NCBI GenBank assembly: GCA_013265495.1
Contig: MU058418.1
Location: 62,001-126,000, forward strand
Source of the DNA: Vicugna vicugna
Taxonomy: Eukaryota
Reading direction: 5' to 3'
DNA: 64,000 bases
Positions 62,701-64,000 of the stretch are shown piece after piece. Position numbers and translations under genes: made by a program. The notes below the pieces were generated by a model that worked only from the letters and a program-made list of their open reading frames with translations, did not search any database and was not told the origin of the DNA. Position 1 is the first letter of the stretch, and each line of letters opens with the position of its first letter.

Positions 62701-62905
62701 AGAAATCCTACTCCTAAGATTTCATTAAAAGAAAATACAGCTTTCCAATGACTGTGAAGCTGGGGAGACCCCAGCTGGGTGAGGATATGGGATCTCATTG
62801 TCCTCCCAGCACTTTGACCCTCCCCTGAAGCCCCTCAATAAAATGATTTTATTCCCACCCCTCCAAAAAAGGAAATAGAGATTTAAGCAGAAAACTAGTT
62901 ACAGA

Positions 62906-63059
62906 GGGGTGGGTATAATTCAAGTGGTAGAGCACACGCTTAGCATGCACGAGGTCCTGGTTTCAATCCCCAATATCGCCTCTAAAAATAAATAAATAAA
63001 TAAATCTAATTACCTCCCCCTGCCAAAAAATAATTTTTTTTAAAGAATAAAAAAATAAA
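62906..63059 (+). mobile_element. tRNA-Ala-derived SINE
   Basis: gggtataattcaagtggtagagcacacgcttagcatgcacgaggtcc and bipartite tail; degenerate TSD aa(c/g)tag(t/a)taca. Confidence 0.9.
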
Positions 63060-63085
63060 GAAGTAGATACAAAGATGTTTATTAA

Positions 63086-63218
63086 GGGGATAGTATATCT
63101 CAAGTGGTAGAGTGCAGCGCATACACAAGGTCCTGGGTTCAATCTCCAGTACCTCCTCTAAAAACAAATAAGTGGGTAAACCTAATTACCTCCCCCCAAA
63201 AACTAAAGTAAAAATTTA
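63086..63218 (+). mobile_element. tRNA-Ala-derived SINE
   Basis: Perfect 15-bp TSD aaagatgtttattaa at 63071-63085 and 63219-63233. Confidence 0.92.
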
Positions 63219-64000
63219 AAAGATGTTTATTAAAATATAATTTATGTATAATTGGGAGAACATCAGATACAATCTAAATATCCAATAACAGGAAACTGAT
63301 TAAAGACAGTACATCTGAAGAATATAATGCTATGAAATTATTTTAAAATCATATTGCAGAAATGATCATGTGATAGAGAATTAAATGAAAAGAGGCAGGT
63401 TATAAAAAAATTTTGTTGAAATATATATGTTTGCGTGTACAAACATCTGTATAAATGCATGGCAGAGGAAGACTGGAAGAATTTGCATTTAAATACAAAT
63501 TGTAGTCACTGCTGGGATTATAGGTGTCTTGTACTTCTTTGAAACCTTTCTTCATATTTTGAGCAACGAACGTCGATTGCTCACATAGTAGAAAGAAACA
63601 ATAAATTTGAGCATTAAAAAAATTTATTGTGATTGTGATGGCAGAGAACACTAATTTCCAACTTGTTTTGCCTTGGAAGTTTTTGCTTAATTAACATTTA
63701 CATGTAAACCCCAAATGAGAAACAGATCACCACGGCAGCGCTCTACTTGGTTGGGGGCGAGGGGGAATGGGAGCAGGGAGAGGAAAGTGCTATGAGGCAC
63801 AGTCTTCTCAGTTCTCTCCGTCACCAACCTCCCCGCACCCCCAGGTGCCCTTGTTAGATCCCTTCACATCCTGCTGGAAAGCCATAGACCTCTTTGACCT
63901 GCATCACTGATTTGTTTGACACCCCAATATGGACATGCCGTGGCAGCCCTTCAGCCCTGAAGAAACTTCTTTATTTTCATGACAGTGTCAGATTTACTGT

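Noticed and set aside
31..63651. Host protein-coding genes among the listed ORFs
   Set aside because: They are short, many start at non-ATG codons, most lie inside repeats, and none has a domain I recognise other than L1 ORF1/ORF2 fragments

Overview
Mammalian nuclear DNA, AT-rich, CpG-depleted and repeat-dominated. It is very probably camelid (alpaca/llama/camel), because it carries ten tRNA-Ala(AGC)-derived Vic-1-type SINEs. I recognise no host protein-coding exon; the ORFs in the track are chance ORFs or decayed LINE-1 pieces. The window is a layered retrotransposon landscape: old L2, L1M, MaLR (MLT1), ERVL (MLT2, LTR16, LTR33-like) and hAT (MER58, MER5) relics, eight MER34-type ERV1 solo LTRs packed into 3.6-18.7 kb, and younger L1s almost all on the + strand. 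One L1 (50588-57430) keeps both ends and a target-site duplication (TSD) but lacks its RT domain and hosts two nested insertions. Its 5'UTR has an antisense ORF with strong splice donors, an ORF0-like layout. Other notable items are an ORF1-only 'half-L1' (20590-22322), a tail-less ORF1 fragment inside an MLT2 LTR, a templated inverted duplication forming a 75-nt hairpin, and several minus-strand exon candidates suggesting a minus-strand lncRNA or 5'UTR. Repeat family names come from recall of consensus motifs, not a database search, and repeat boundaries without a TSD are approximate. No new biological system is demonstrated; the leads are hypotheses.
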